Shown: positions 1 to 10,089, counted from the first letter of the stretch. The stretch: DNA of 64,000 bases from Sulfurovum sp. (GCF_049668085.1 NZ_JBATIY010000079.1:2846-66845), one strand, 5' to 3'. Notes: a model not told the origin generated them from the letters alone. Translations and numbers: made by a program.

Positions 1-149
1 CACAGTTTTTCCAGAAACATGACACTCATCTGCTTCTTATCAAAGGTTTTGGTCTCATCTCTTATGACAGAGACATCACAGAGATGGCAAAAAAGATCTC
101 TATTTTAGAGAATTCATGTAGGTTGTTGGCTTTGTCTGCAAATCTTTAA
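1..149 (+). CDS. 3' end of a CDS that starts upstream of the window; product unknown (class II aldolase/adducin-like tail is only a guess)
   Basis: Frame is open from base 3 to TAA at 147-149: QFFQKHDTHLLLIKGFGLISYDRDITEMAKKISILENSCRLLALSANL. Absent from the ORF track because it has no start in the window. Confidence 0.3.
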   Translation, partial: QFFQKHDTHLLLIKGFGLISYDRDITEMAKKISILENSCRLLALSANL

Positions 150-162
150 ACAGGCACTCTAT

Positions 163-627
163 TTATTGTCTAATATAGTTTGTCTGCTTAGATGCTTCAT
201 TGACAGTAATCAAGTTATTTTGATCGATACTTTTTATGGTGAGTATACGTATAGGTTCTTTTTCAAATCTGTTTTTAAAAGTGGTTGCAAGATGACGTAA
301 AGACTCTTGAGAGATACGATATACTTCTTTGGCAAAAGGTACTTCCATTTTTTTGACCACTGCCACAAGTGTATGATTTGAGACTTTCCAGATACCTGAG
401 CCTTTTATCTCTAGATCTCTAACGAACGCATCACCTTTTTGTACACTTACAAGCAATACTATAGTAAAGGTACCGTTTCCATTTAAGTATAGATACTCTT
501 TTTCTATGACCTTTGTACCATGGTTATTCGATTGGTCTACAGACTTCCATGTTCCTGTCACCAACCTTCTATCTGCTGCGTTCAATTCGATCATTAATAC
601 CAAAATAAGTATAAAAAATTTCTTCAT
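163..627 (-). CDS. hypothetical exported protein (154 aa)
   Basis: Track ORF with N-terminal signal peptide MKKFFILILVLMIELNAAD. No family motif recognised. Confidence 0.55.
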   Translation of the reverse strand: MKKFFILILVLMIELNAADRRLVTGTWKSVDQSNNHGTKVIEKEYLYLNGNGTFTIVLLVSVQKGDAFVRDLEIKGSGIWKVSNHTLVAVVKKMEVPFAKEVYRISQESLRHLATTFKNRFEKEPIRILTIKSIDQNNLITVNEASKQTNYIRQ

Positions 628-754
628 TTTGTCTTACCCCTAAATAAATACTTTATATTATAATCAAAAATGACTGTTAGTCATGTGTCAACACTTCTGT
701 AAAGCATACTTTTGTTATACTCCTCCAAATATAACCTTACATAGGATACCTAAT

Positions 755-1999
755 ATGAATCAGACAAAGAAAAGATTAAGTATCATTAACCATGCCATTT
801 CTATTACCGATGTAGAGACTATACAACTTCAGATTTTAAAATTAGCACCGCTTAAAACAGATCTGAAGATACAAGAGATCGTTAGCGCTATTCAGGCAGA
901 AAACTACGCAAAGGCTCAAGGTTTTATCAACACATATATACAAACACCTACAGAGAATATCATTCAAAGAACTTCACAAAAAGAGAAGTCTTCGATCAAT
1001 GAAGAAGACCAAGCTATTATTGATGAATTTGATCTTTTTGTCACGCCAAGTTCAAATGATACACCAAAAGAGATCGATATTAATGACTTTTTATTTGATG
1101 AGCTTCCTACACCCGATAAAGCCAGATCTGAAACAAAACATGTAGATCAGAGAGAGTATGAAGCTTTACTCAATATCGACATTGATAATGTTCTGCCTGA
1201 CAACATAGAATTAGATGTTGTCCATACTTCAAAAGATACTTTTTTTGAATCTTCAAAGGAAGTAACTGAACAAACAATTGCTAGCGATACTATACCTAGA
1301 GATACTTTTTTTGATACTGAGGAAACAGTAAGAGAAGAAATGATCACCGAAAAGAAACCTGAAGAAGAAACGCTTCCAGAAGAAGATGATATGATCCTCA
1401 CAAATGATATACCTTCTAAAGAAGATCTTCTCAAGGAATTAAAACCTGTTGCAAAACTTCAAGAAAGTTTAGAGCGATCAAATTATAAAGCCATACCTTA
1501 TATTGCACAAAAACTTATCAGTATGAAGAAACAGTATCCTCCTATAGAAGAAACATATGAAAAGTTTGATTCAGTTGAAAACCTCATGAGAAAAATCTCT
1601 CAGGAAGGATATACTGAAGAAGAGATAGAAGAGACACTTACCTATATAAACAAACTTACTGAAGAGGAAAAAGTGAATGAAGCTGCACATTTACTGTTGG
1701 TCTGCGCAGCTACTGAATCAAAGTTTGCGCAATTTATGTTGGCAAGAGAACTCTATAGAGGTATTTTGTTGACAAAAGATATATCTGAAGCATTTGAACA
1801 GATGCACAGTTTAGCTCTGGAGGATTATCCCGAAGCACTTTGTGATATAGCACAATTTTATGAACATGGCATAGGCGTAAGTAAAGACCAGAAAAAAGCG
1901 GAACAGTGTTACAAAGAAGCAAATGACTTTGGCATCAAAAGAGCCCAAAAACATTACACTCGTTTAAAAAAACAAAATCGTGGCTTCTTTAAAAAGTAA
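755..1999 (+). CDS. Sel1/TPR-like repeat protein with long acidic linker
   Basis: Track ORF 683..1999. Preferred start is ATG 755 (MNQTKK) with AGGA 8 nt upstream. C-terminus has Sel1-type repeats (ALCDIAQFYEHGIGVSKDQKKAEQCYKEA). The middle third is D/E-rich with repeated DTFF. Confidence 0.7.
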   Translation: MNQTKKRLSIINHAISITDVETIQLQILKLAPLKTDLKIQEIVSAIQAENYAKAQGFINTYIQTPTENIIQRTSQKEKSSINEEDQAIIDEFDLFVTPSSNDTPKEIDINDFLFDELPTPDKARSETKHVDQREYEALLNIDIDNVLPDNIELDVVHTSKDTFFESSKEVTEQTIASDTIPRDTFFDTEETVREEMITEKKPEEETLPEEDDMILTNDIPSKEDLLKELKPVAKLQESLERSNYKAIPYIAQKLISMKKQYPPIEETYEKFDSVENLMRKISQEGYTEEEIEETLTYINKLTEEEKVNEAAHLLLVCAATESKFAQFMLARELYRGILLTKDISEAFEQMHSLALEDYPEALCDIAQFYEHGIGVSKDQKKAEQCYKEANDFGIKRAQKHYTRLKKQNRGFFKK

Positions 2000-2001
2000 G
2001 T

Positions 2002-2199
2002 TTATTTAGCTACCTTTTTCATATAACTGCTCTTCTTATCATTTTCACCTAAGATACCATTTTGTTCAAAAATCTCCAAGGTTGCCAATGTTGCAGAACA
2101 TGCCAAAGGATTCCCCGTGTAACTGTGGGAGTGTAAAAAAGCTTTATGTTCATTATAATCGCAATAAAATGCCTGGTATACATCATTTTCATATTTTGA
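2002..2199 (-). pseudogene. bioA: relic fragment of bioA (adenosylmethionine-8-amino-7-oxononanoate aminotransferase)
   Basis: 65-codon open frame with no start codon: SKYENDVYQAFYCDYNEHKAFLHSHSYTGNPLACSATLATLEIFEQNGILGENDKKSSYMKKVAK*. The AFY.DY...KAFLHSHSYTGNPLAC pattern is the BioA/class-III aminotransferase signature. Bounded upstream by TAG (2200-2202) and flanked by unrelated genes. Confidence 0.6.
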
Positions 2200-2292
2200 C
2201 TAGACATACTTTTTTCTCACTCCGATTCATTAGCGATAAGCTTATTTTAGGTAGAATATTGTACAAATTTTTCGATTGAAGGTAGATGAAGT

Positions 2293-3768
2293 ATGATTAG
2301 TTGGATGCAAAAACACAATAAATATCTGGTATGGACAATCTGGGTAGCAACAATCGCATTTATTGGTGCAGGTTTTGTAGGTTGGGGAAGTTACAGTTTT
2401 GGTTCAAAAGCCGGGAATGTTGCTAAAGTTGGTGACATTGAGATAGAACAAACAAAACTCAACATGGTGTACAGTAGTCTATACAACCAATATAATCAAG
2501 CTATGCAAGGTACACTTGATGATAAAAAAGCTGAAGAGATGGGACTGGTTAAACAGGCATTTGCTAGATTGGCAACACAGGCAAAAGTACTTAATTTTGC
2601 AAAAGATGCAGGCATCATTGTTTCAGATGCTGAAGTAGCTCAGAAGTTGCAAGAGCTTCGCTCGTTCCAAAAAGACGGTGTTTTTAATAAAGAGATCTAC
2701 GAAGGGTACCTTAAAAGTCAAAGACTTAGAGCCAATGTATTTGAAAATACACTCAGAGAAGAGCTCCTCATAGAAAAGACATTTTCTTTACTTTTAGCGG
2801 GTACTTTACCCCTTGAAGAAGAAGCTGTTGCTGCAGCCATGAATGTCAGTGACAAATTGGCCTACAAGGTATTGACAAACGATGATCTGAACTTCGTCAT
2901 AGATGAAGCTAAAGTAAAAGAATTCTGGGAAATGAAAAAAGAGAACTTTTTAACCCCACAAATGTACGATCTCTCTATTGTTTGGACAGACAGTAAAGAT
3001 ACCGCTGTTACCGATGAAGAAGTAAAAGTACACTATGATGCAAATAGTTTCAATTATACAGATGGAACAGGCAAACAGCTTCCTTTCGAAGAAGCGAAAA
3101 TTTTGGCAACAAGTGACTTGAAGATCAAGAAGACAAAAAAAGCAGCACAAAAAGCATATATCGCATTTAAAAAAGGTAAACTTGACAACAGTGAAAAGAT
3201 CACACTTCCAATGGGTGATCTTAAATTTACAGAAGAAGTATGGACTGCACTCAAAGAAAAATCTGTAGGAGATATACTTAAACCTAAAGTTGTTTCAGAT
3301 ACCTATGCCACGATAAAGATAGAAAACATTGTCTCACCGAAGATAAAAACTTTCGAAGAGGCTAAAGAACAAGTAACAGTACTTTATGCCGACCAAGCTA
3401 AAAAAGAAGCACTTTTGACATTGGCAGAGTCAACACTTAAGAACTTTGATCAAAACGACGCGATCGTCTCTGATTTTGTGAAATTAGAGGAAAATGTCAA
3501 CCTAAATCCACTAAATAACCAAGAAAGTTTACAATTTTTACAAAAACTCTTTACATCATCGAAAGAAAAGGGTATTATTAGCGTATTCGATAAAGTTATA
3601 GTTTATAATATCTTGGAACAAAAACTGCTTCCGATGGATGAAAATCAGACAGCTTTTGTAAAACAGACTGTTAATAAGCTAAAACAAACTACATTTGAAT
3701 CAAATTTGATTAAAATGTTAGATAAACAATATCCTACAGAAGTCTATATGGGAGGGCTGACAAATTGA
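2293..3768 (+). CDS. PpiD/SurA-N-like membrane-anchored periplasmic chaperone (PPIase family)
   Basis: N-terminal anchor YLVWTIWVATIAFIGAGFVGWG followed by a SurA-N/PpiD-like region. Lies directly upstream of ftsA-ftsZ with a 4-nt overlap, as recalled for Campylobacter Cj0694-ftsA-ftsZ. Confidence 0.75.
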   Translation: MISWMQKHNKYLVWTIWVATIAFIGAGFVGWGSYSFGSKAGNVAKVGDIEIEQTKLNMVYSSLYNQYNQAMQGTLDDKKAEEMGLVKQAFARLATQAKVLNFAKDAGIIVSDAEVAQKLQELRSFQKDGVFNKEIYEGYLKSQRLRANVFENTLREELLIEKTFSLLLAGTLPLEEEAVAAAMNVSDKLAYKVLTNDDLNFVIDEAKVKEFWEMKKENFLTPQMYDLSIVWTDSKDTAVTDEEVKVHYDANSFNYTDGTGKQLPFEEAKILATSDLKIKKTKKAAQKAYIAFKKGKLDNSEKITLPMGDLKFTEEVWTALKEKSVGDILKPKVVSDTYATIKIENIVSPKIKTFEEAKEQVTVLYADQAKKEALLTLAESTLKNFDQNDAIVSDFVKLEENVNLNPLNNQESLQFLQKLFTSSKEKGIISVFDKVIVYNILEQKLLPMDENQTAFVKQTVNKLKQTTFESNLIKMLDKQYPTEVYMGGLTN

Positions 3769-5156
3769 GTGACACAATTTTAGCTATTGATATCGGTTCT
3801 ACTAAAATATGCGCTATCATCGCTGAAATCAAAGACTCCGAAGTCACCATTCAAGGACATGGTATCTCTAAATCCCAAGGGGTTAAAAAAGGTGCCATAA
3901 CCAATATAGAACTTGCTTCAAAATCTATCAAAAAAGCTATCAACGATGCAAAACGTATTGCAGGAAGTAATATTACTTCTGCAACTGTTTCCATTTCAAA
4001 TGCTTATGCAAAGAGTCTTAATTCAACTGGTATTGTCAACATACCACATAAAGATATCTCGATAAAAGAGATCAATCGTGTCATGCAAACGGCACTTTAC
4101 AATGCAAATGTGCCTACTGAATATGATGTTATCCATGTATTGCCATACAATTTTAGAGTAGATGACCAAGATTTTATAGAAGATCCGTTTGGTATGAATG
4201 CCAGCCGTATGGAAGTAGATGTCAACATTATCATGACACAAAAATCAAACCTTTCAAATCTTAAAAAAGCTGTTAGATCTGCTGGGGTAGAGATAGATGG
4301 AATCGTATTAAGTGGTTATGCTTCTGCTATAGCCACAATGGATGAAGACGAAAAAGAACTTGGTGTGGCTGTCATCGATCTAGGTGGACAAACAAGTAAC
4401 CTTGTCATTCACACTGGGAATTCGATCAGATATAACGATTTCTTAGGTGTAGGCTCGAACCATATCACTAATGACCTTTCTATGGCATTACATACACCGC
4501 TACAAATAGCAGAAAATGTCAAAATACGTCATGGAAGTCTCATAGAGAGTTCAAATGAAATCATAGAATTACCTATCATAGGTGATGAAGAGACACGTAA
4601 CGGTGTCTCTTTGGAAGTTGTGCACTCTGTCATTTTCTCACGTGTAGAAGAGGCACTTATGATCTTGGCCAAGTCACTTGAAAAATCTGCACTTAAAGAG
4701 CAGATAGGTGCAGGTATCATTCTTACTGGAGGTATGACCAAACTCAAAGGTATGAGAGAATTGGCACAGGCTATCTTCAATGGCATGCCTGTGAGAGTAG
4801 GTTACCCTGATAATGTTAATGGTCTTTTTGATGAACTGAAAGATCCCGCATTTTCGACAGTAGTAGGTTTACTACTCTATAAGGCAGGTGGTCATACACA
4901 ATATGAGATAGATTTTGAGCAAGAGTTGCTTCACTCAAAAGCGGCGTATGAAGAAAACCTGAATGATATCAGAATAGGTCATAAGCGTAATGAAACGGAA
5001 GAGGCACACCCTTCTAAAGGTCGTCAAGAGGAAAAAGAGGGTCAAAAAGAAGATCAGGAAGAGTCAGTCATATCATTTGATGACTTACCGGATCTAGGTC
5101 ACGAAAATAAAAATCCATTTAAAAAAATAGCCAACTGGGCAAGGCAGCTTTTTTAA
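3765..5156 (+). CDS. ftsA: cell division protein FtsA
   Basis: TTG start overlaps the upstream stop (ATTGA). Actin-fold motifs ILAIDIGSTKICAII, VIDLGGQTSNL and ILTGGMTKLKG. C-terminal amphipathic membrane-targeting helix FKKIANWARQLF. Confidence 0.95.
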   Translation: MSDTILAIDIGSTKICAIIAEIKDSEVTIQGHGISKSQGVKKGAITNIELASKSIKKAINDAKRIAGSNITSATVSISNAYAKSLNSTGIVNIPHKDISIKEINRVMQTALYNANVPTEYDVIHVLPYNFRVDDQDFIEDPFGMNASRMEVDVNIIMTQKSNLSNLKKAVRSAGVEIDGIVLSGYASAIATMDEDEKELGVAVIDLGGQTSNLVIHTGNSIRYNDFLGVGSNHITNDLSMALHTPLQIAENVKIRHGSLIESSNEIIELPIIGDEETRNGVSLEVVHSVIFSRVEEALMILAKSLEKSALKEQIGAGIILTGGMTKLKGMRELAQAIFNGMPVRVGYPDNVNGLFDELKDPAFSTVVGLLLYKAGGHTQYEIDFEQELLHSKAAYEENLNDIRIGHKRNETEEAHPSKGRQEEKEGQKEDQEESVISFDDLPDLGHENKNPFKKIANWARQLF

Positions 5157-5193
5157 AGTATTTTTTACACACATCAAATAAAAGGGGGAAAAC

Positions 5194-6339
5194 ATGGAAG
5201 AGTTTGAAATAGACATCGTCGAAACGAAATGTCATACAAATGGAGCAAAAATCAAAGCTATCGGCGTCGGTGGCGGTGGTGGAAACATGATCAATCATAT
5301 GATCAATGAGGGGATCAACAGTATTGATCTTATTGTAGCAAATACGGATGCACAGGCACTGGACAGTTCTTTAGCACCATACAAAATGCAGTTAGGTATC
5401 AATGCAACAAGAGGTCTTGGTGCAGGTATGCTTCCTGACAAAGGTAGAGAAGCCGCACTTGAAAGCTTTGAAGACATCAAAAAAATGCTTGAAGGTTCCG
5501 ATATTGTATTTATCTCTGCTGGTCTTGGTGGTGGTACAGGAACAGGTGCAGCACCGATCATTGCACAAGCGGCAAAAGAAGTTGGCGCACTTACTGTTTC
5601 TATCGTAACAAGTCCTTTTAAATTTGAAGGCAGAAAAAGAACGAAACTTGCAAAAGAAGGTCTAGAAGAGCTTAAAAGAGAAAGTGACTCTATTATCGTT
5701 GTACCAAATGAAAAACTTCTTTCAATCGTTGAAAAGAACCTTGGTATCAAAGAGAGCTTTAGAATGGTAGATGACATTCTTGCACAAGCAGTTGGCGGTA
5801 TCTCTAAAGTGATCCTTTCTCATGGAGATAATGATATCAACCTTGACTTTGCCGATGTGAAAACAGTTATGAGTCATAGAGGTCTTGCTCTTATGGGTGC
5901 TGGATACAGTACAGGTACAAATGCAGCCTATGATGCAGCAAAAGCTGCTATCGAGTCACCACTGCTTGACAATATCTCTATTGATGGTGCGATGGGTGTA
6001 CTTGTACACTTTGACATTCATCCTGATTATCCTATTATGGAGATCGGTGAAGCAATGAGTATCGTTGAAGAGAGTGCAGATGAAGATGCATCTGTTATCT
6101 TTGGTACAACAACAAATGAAAACATGGCTATTGATGAAGTGAAGATCACTATCGTTGCTACTGGGTTCGAAGACAAAAATGCTGTTCCTGAACCAACAGT
6201 GACAAAACAAAAAACACTGTTAAATGCCAACACTTGTGACATCAACACTGTAAGAAGCAAAATGGTTGTTGGTGGTTACAATGGTGAGAATGAAGACATC
6301 TTAGATGTACCTACTTTCCTTAGAAAGCAGATGGATTAA
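5194..6339 (+). CDS. ftsZ: cell division GTPase FtsZ
   Basis: GVGGGGGNMINHM and tubulin signature GLGGGTGTGAAPIIA. Conserved C-terminal peptide DVPTFLRKQ. GGGGGAA RBS upstream. Confidence 0.97.
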   Translation: MEEFEIDIVETKCHTNGAKIKAIGVGGGGGNMINHMINEGINSIDLIVANTDAQALDSSLAPYKMQLGINATRGLGAGMLPDKGREAALESFEDIKKMLEGSDIVFISAGLGGGTGTGAAPIIAQAAKEVGALTVSIVTSPFKFEGRKRTKLAKEGLEELKRESDSIIVVPNEKLLSIVEKNLGIKESFRMVDDILAQAVGGISKVILSHGDNDINLDFADVKTVMSHRGLALMGAGYSTGTNAAYDAAKAAIESPLLDNISIDGAMGVLVHFDIHPDYPIMEIGEAMSIVEESADEDASVIFGTTTNENMAIDEVKITIVATGFEDKNAVPEPTVTKQKTLLNANTCDINTVRSKMVVGGYNGENEDILDVPTFLRKQMD

Positions 6340-6361
6340 AAACCGCTGTTTTCTCCCTTTT

Positions 6362-6385
6362 AGAGAGAGACCCTTCCATCTCTCT
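6362..6385. terminator. hairpin between convergent ftsZ and the di-haem lipoprotein gene (possible bidirectional terminator)
   Basis: AGAGAGA ... TCTCTCT 7-bp stem with a T-rich sequence after it on the + strand. Confidence 0.4.
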
Positions 6386-6393
6386 TTAGTTCA

Positions 6394-8097
6394 TTAAGGT
6401 CTTACAATAGGGTTTTCTATCCCTGTAACTTGCCCCTCTTTTATCACTTTATAAACATTTTTTATAGGCTTTATATGCGTATCTCTCCCATAGATATAAC
6501 TCTGTTCTTCGACTATAACTTTATATCCTTTATTTAATTCTAAAGCACGCTCTTTTGAAGGAAAAAGTAATACTGTTATATCCTTATGTAGTGCATTGAG
6601 CATATCTTCCTTGATACTTCCATTGAGATCAAAGAACTTACTCTGTACTTCATCATTATTTCTAAATTCATTAGCAGAGTGGTTATTAAGTAAATAAAAA
6701 CTGTACTCATACTGTTTTCCATGGTTTAAATATTCAACTATAGGTTCTTGAATTCCATTAAGCCCTTTCTGACCCCAATGATTCCAACCATAGTCATTTT
6801 GATCTTTATTCACACCTTCAAATTTACGTGCATAGGCAAATGCAGAGTCTGTGGTTGCACCAATATGAGAGTGACATCCCATACAATTTATTGTTTCTTC
6901 GTGCGTCTGAGGTCTGAGTTTTCCCTCTTTATTTTCTATAAATCCTTGATACACCCACCCTATTTCGTTTCGTAATCCCTCTTCATAATTACCTTTGAAA
7001 AGAGCTATCTGTCCTTCAGTGCTATCCAGGGCAAGAGATTCCCAAAGTTCTGACTGGGCTGCTCTTTGAATCTCACCATAACGCTTCCAAGTGTATTTTT
7101 TGGCATAACGCAGTTCTTTCATTCTTGCAGACATACCTATCTGTTCTTTTGCATTATCCCAGTCTATATATCTTACTGAATGCAAAAATTCTGTATTTTC
7201 AGGGAAGAGTCCCCGAGCTAAATGTACTTTTCCCTCTCTAAGATATAGCTTTGCCAGACCTACATAGCTTTCTATTGAAGGAGAAATATTCAAGGCAGTA
7301 TCCAAGATACCATTACTGTTCAGATCTACACCATAGATCTTTTCATCTATACCGGAAGGAAGTGGTATCTCTTTTTGTTTTATCAATGATTCTACGATCA
7401 CCAGGTTAAGTGCATATATCTCTTTTCTGAATGTGTTATTCTCATCTTGAGTGAAAATGGGATCTAGTCTTATAATCACATCATCAGTTGAACCATTGGT
7501 AGGCCAAAATGTACCTAGAAATGGATAATATCTAAAAGCCCTCCATCCTGTATAGTTAGCTTTAGGATCTTGATCAAATCCCTCATCATCAAAATTAAAA
7601 TAACAGTCTGGTCTATATCCTTTCCACTCTCTAGGAAGGTCCAATGCAGGTAAAATATCTCCTTCATGATTTAAATAATTGGACTCTCTGACATATTGTA
7701 AAGTAGCATTGTCAGTCATGGATGCTACTTGAGTACTTCTCTCTTTAAAAAGGTTTGTAAACGGATTTTTCATTACTTCTGCAGGAAAATTATACTCCAG
7801 TTGCAGGTTGGTATCATTATAATAATTGGGGATTTCACCTTTAGTATGACAACTATAACATGGATTAAAAACTGTATTTGTTGTTTCATCACTTGTTTTA
7901 GTGTAACACATGGAAGTGATGTATGAACCTCTTGTATTCATAATTTTCGTATAACTTATATTATTCTCATCTTCTAAGTTCTGGATATAACTCTCTACTA
8001 AAGACAAATCTGATGCTAGAGACGTATTTGAGGTAGAGTTATTGCCACAACTTATAAGTAGGGGAAGCAGTGTCAGTAAAATAGTGTTTCTTATCAT
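6394..8097 (-). CDS. di-haem c-type cytochrome lipoprotein, family not recognised (567 aa)
   Basis: Lipobox LLISC (Cys17). Two CXXCH motifs were checked on the DNA: CYSCH at 7860..7846 and CMGCH at 6885..6871, about 325 residues apart. Confidence 0.6.
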   Translation of the reverse strand: MIRNTILLTLLPLLISCGNNSTSNTSLASDLSLVESYIQNLEDENNISYTKIMNTRGSYITSMCYTKTSDETTNTVFNPCYSCHTKGEIPNYYNDTNLQLEYNFPAEVMKNPFTNLFKERSTQVASMTDNATLQYVRESNYLNHEGDILPALDLPREWKGYRPDCYFNFDDEGFDQDPKANYTGWRAFRYYPFLGTFWPTNGSTDDVIIRLDPIFTQDENNTFRKEIYALNLVIVESLIKQKEIPLPSGIDEKIYGVDLNSNGILDTALNISPSIESYVGLAKLYLREGKVHLARGLFPENTEFLHSVRYIDWDNAKEQIGMSARMKELRYAKKYTWKRYGEIQRAAQSELWESLALDSTEGQIALFKGNYEEGLRNEIGWVYQGFIENKEGKLRPQTHEETINCMGCHSHIGATTDSAFAYARKFEGVNKDQNDYGWNHWGQKGLNGIQEPIVEYLNHGKQYEYSFYLLNNHSANEFRNNDEVQSKFFDLNGSIKEDMLNALHKDITVLLFPSKERALELNKGYKVIVEEQSYIYGRDTHIKPIKNVYKVIKEGQVTGIENPIVRP

Positions 8098-8123
8098 TAT
8101 AGTCCTAAATCACAAATAAAAAA

Positions 8124-8146
8124 GCATCCTGTAAATTACAGGATGC
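8124..8146 (-). terminator. Rho-independent terminator after the PhoX-like gene
   Basis: GCATCCTGTA-aat-TACAGGATGC, a perfect 10-bp stem, followed on the minus strand by TTTTTTATTTG. Confidence 0.75.
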
Positions 8147-8169
8147 CATAGCCTTGTATATATAGTGGT

Positions 8170-10089
8170 TTATTTAAAGATATCTGCTGGAAGACCATCA
8201 AAGTATCCGATAGTAGCTTTCAGTTGATCATCAGTTGCGCTTTCTATCAATGCACTGTTTGGCTTACTTCCATCAGCTGCTTTAGGATTGTCTTTAAACG
8301 GATGTTGTGTGTTGATAAGTAAAATACCTTTATCCCCTACTACAGCCGTATCTACACCCGTAACCTCTCCTCCGATAGGAAGTGAAGCAATTCTTGTCAT
8401 TGTTTTTGTTTGTGTATTGTATGCCCAACTCATATTGTTCACATGTTTTGTTGTATCTTCACTGATAAGCAGTGTATTGTACCCGATATAAGTAATGTTA
8501 TCCGGGTTGGAAATGCCGTCTGGATGACATGTCCATTCATCGGCATAGGTATCGTTTACATCTAAAGGTTGTCCAACGACCATTGCCTCCATACTTGTAC
8601 CATTGTAATTGCTATCTAAAGATACTTTATACACAGCCCCACAAATATTCTTTTCTAGCCTAATGTGATTTGCCGGTTCATTTCCCTTATAATCATCTTC
8701 CATACTTTTTTCAATTGCACTCATAGCTACATAAAGTGCATTGCTGTCTTTATCGTACGTTAGACCTTCTTCTTTTCTAAATTCGATCGTCGCACCTTTA
8801 TATGCCGCATATTTACGAGATTCTAAGAATGCTGCTGCTTTTTCTTGGCCAGCTTTCAAAGTAAGACATTCAAATTGACTGTCTTCATACACTTTTGTTC
8901 CCGTTACACATGTTCCATTTTCATCTGGTTTTGCTATCTCAAAAAGATCTGTGAGTTTCATTTTACTGTCAATCATTGCTTTGATCTCATTATCAGATGC
9001 ATGACCTAACTCTATCCATGAAAGATCAAATCTCCCGCCATTTTCAGCTGAGACCTGAGTGACTTTAGCTGCGTAAAGTGTACCTTCCCAGTTGGCTTGG
9101 AATGTGTCTATCTTCGTATCAGACACAAATTTCCAAAAACCTTTCGCCGTACCATCATCTGACATATATATTGTTTTACCATCAGGCATCATCGATGCCA
9201 ATTCAGGTGTATATTTACCTGTCACATAGTGTTTTGCACTTTTAGTAGATCCATCCTCTTGTGGTTGTACCTCTACGATATAACCATAATTATATGGAGA
9301 AAATCTGTCTCCATTATATCCATTGGTCTTATCAATATTTGCGTCTAAGAGATATTTATTCATGTTATCTACATAAGAACAGAAATAATTCACGACACCA
9401 TGCATATCATTGCCTGTACCATCTAATGCACAGTCCGCATAAAAAGGTGAATTCTGATCTGCAAAAATAGAATTAAGTGAATAATCTTCTTCACCTCCTA
9501 AATGACTTCCATAGACTGTTTTAGAACTTGCACAATTAATAATGGTCCCACCCATTGCTGAAAGATCAACCGGCTTCGTATTCACTGCAGAGAAAACACC
9601 ATTTTCGACCTTCACTTCTGTATTGTAAAGTTCTCCCGGTGCCTCTTCCATATGTGTCACCAAATAATGTTTATCCCCTACTGATATCAGTGAATTACCA
9701 TCAGGTCCATCGGAAATATCTTCATCATTACCTTTTAAAATTGGATCATCATTGATATCGGTCATTAGACCAATTTTTCCTGTGCCGATAGTATCACCCA
9801 TAGTTGCTAACACTTTATAGCTTAGGTCATGAGTAACACTTGTGTTATCACTATAATTTACTGTGATCGATGGTGAAACCCTCATCTCGATTTTTTCACT
9901 GTCATTGGATGAAAGTGCTACTGGAGCAAATGCTATACTACTGACTTTGGCTAATGCATCTACATTTGTTAACGCTGTACTTTCTGTACCTGTTGTTGAT
10001 GTTGATTCAGCAGTTGCATCATTGTTGCAACCATTTATTGCCATACTAACTGCAGCTACTGCTGCAAGAGAGAATATTGTGATACGCAC
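8170..10089 (-). CDS. PhoX-like (DUF839) phosphatase-family lipoprotein
   Basis: Track ORF runs to 10122 (GTG). I prefer GTG 10089 with AAGGA 8 nt upstream, which gives signal MRITIFSLAAVAAVSMAING/C. PhoX-type motifs NCASSKTVYGSHLGGEE and NPDNITYIGYNTLLISEDT. Confidence 0.7.
   Translation of the reverse strand: MRITIFSLAAVAAVSMAINGCNNDATAESTSTTGTESTALTNVDALAKVSSIAFAPVALSSNDSEKIEMRVSPSITVNYSDNTSVTHDLSYKVLATMGDTIGTGKIGLMTDINDDPILKGNDEDISDGPDGNSLISVGDKHYLVTHMEEAPGELYNTEVKVENGVFSAVNTKPVDLSAMGGTIINCASSKTVYGSHLGGEEDYSLNSIFADQNSPFYADCALDGTGNDMHGVVNYFCSYVDNMNKYLLDANIDKTNGYNGDRFSPYNYGYIVEVQPQEDGSTKSAKHYVTGKYTPELASMMPDGKTIYMSDDGTAKGFWKFVSDTKIDTFQANWEGTLYAAKVTQVSAENGGRFDLSWIELGHASDNEIKAMIDSKMKLTDLFEIAKPDENGTCVTGTKVYEDSQFECLTLKAGQEKAAAFLESRKYAAYKGATIEFRKEEGLTYDKDSNALYVAMSAIEKSMEDDYKGNEPANHIRLEKNICGAVYKVSLDSNYNGTSMEAMVVGQPLDVNDTYADEWTCHPDGISNPDNITYIGYNTLLISEDTTKHVNNMSWAYNTQTKTMTRIASLPIGGEVTGVDTAVVGDKGILLINTQHPFKDNPKAADGSKPNSALIESATDDQLKATIGYFDGLPADIFK

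Noticed and set aside
1147-1434. Many antisense track ORFs of 60-160 aa, for example 1147..1434, 5295..5777, 10261..10587, 22868..23218, 23324..23677, 41604..42026, 54815..55204 and 58622..58969
   Set aside because: Each lies fully inside, and opposite to, a longer ORF with strong family signatures. They show low-complexity or Ser/Leu/Cys-rich shadow-frame composition.
2082-2279. 65-aa + strand ORF between the Sel1 gene and the PpiD-like gene
   Set aside because: It has no RBS and an implausible sequence. The opposite strand of the same DNA encodes a recognisable BioA fragment, which better explains the open frame.
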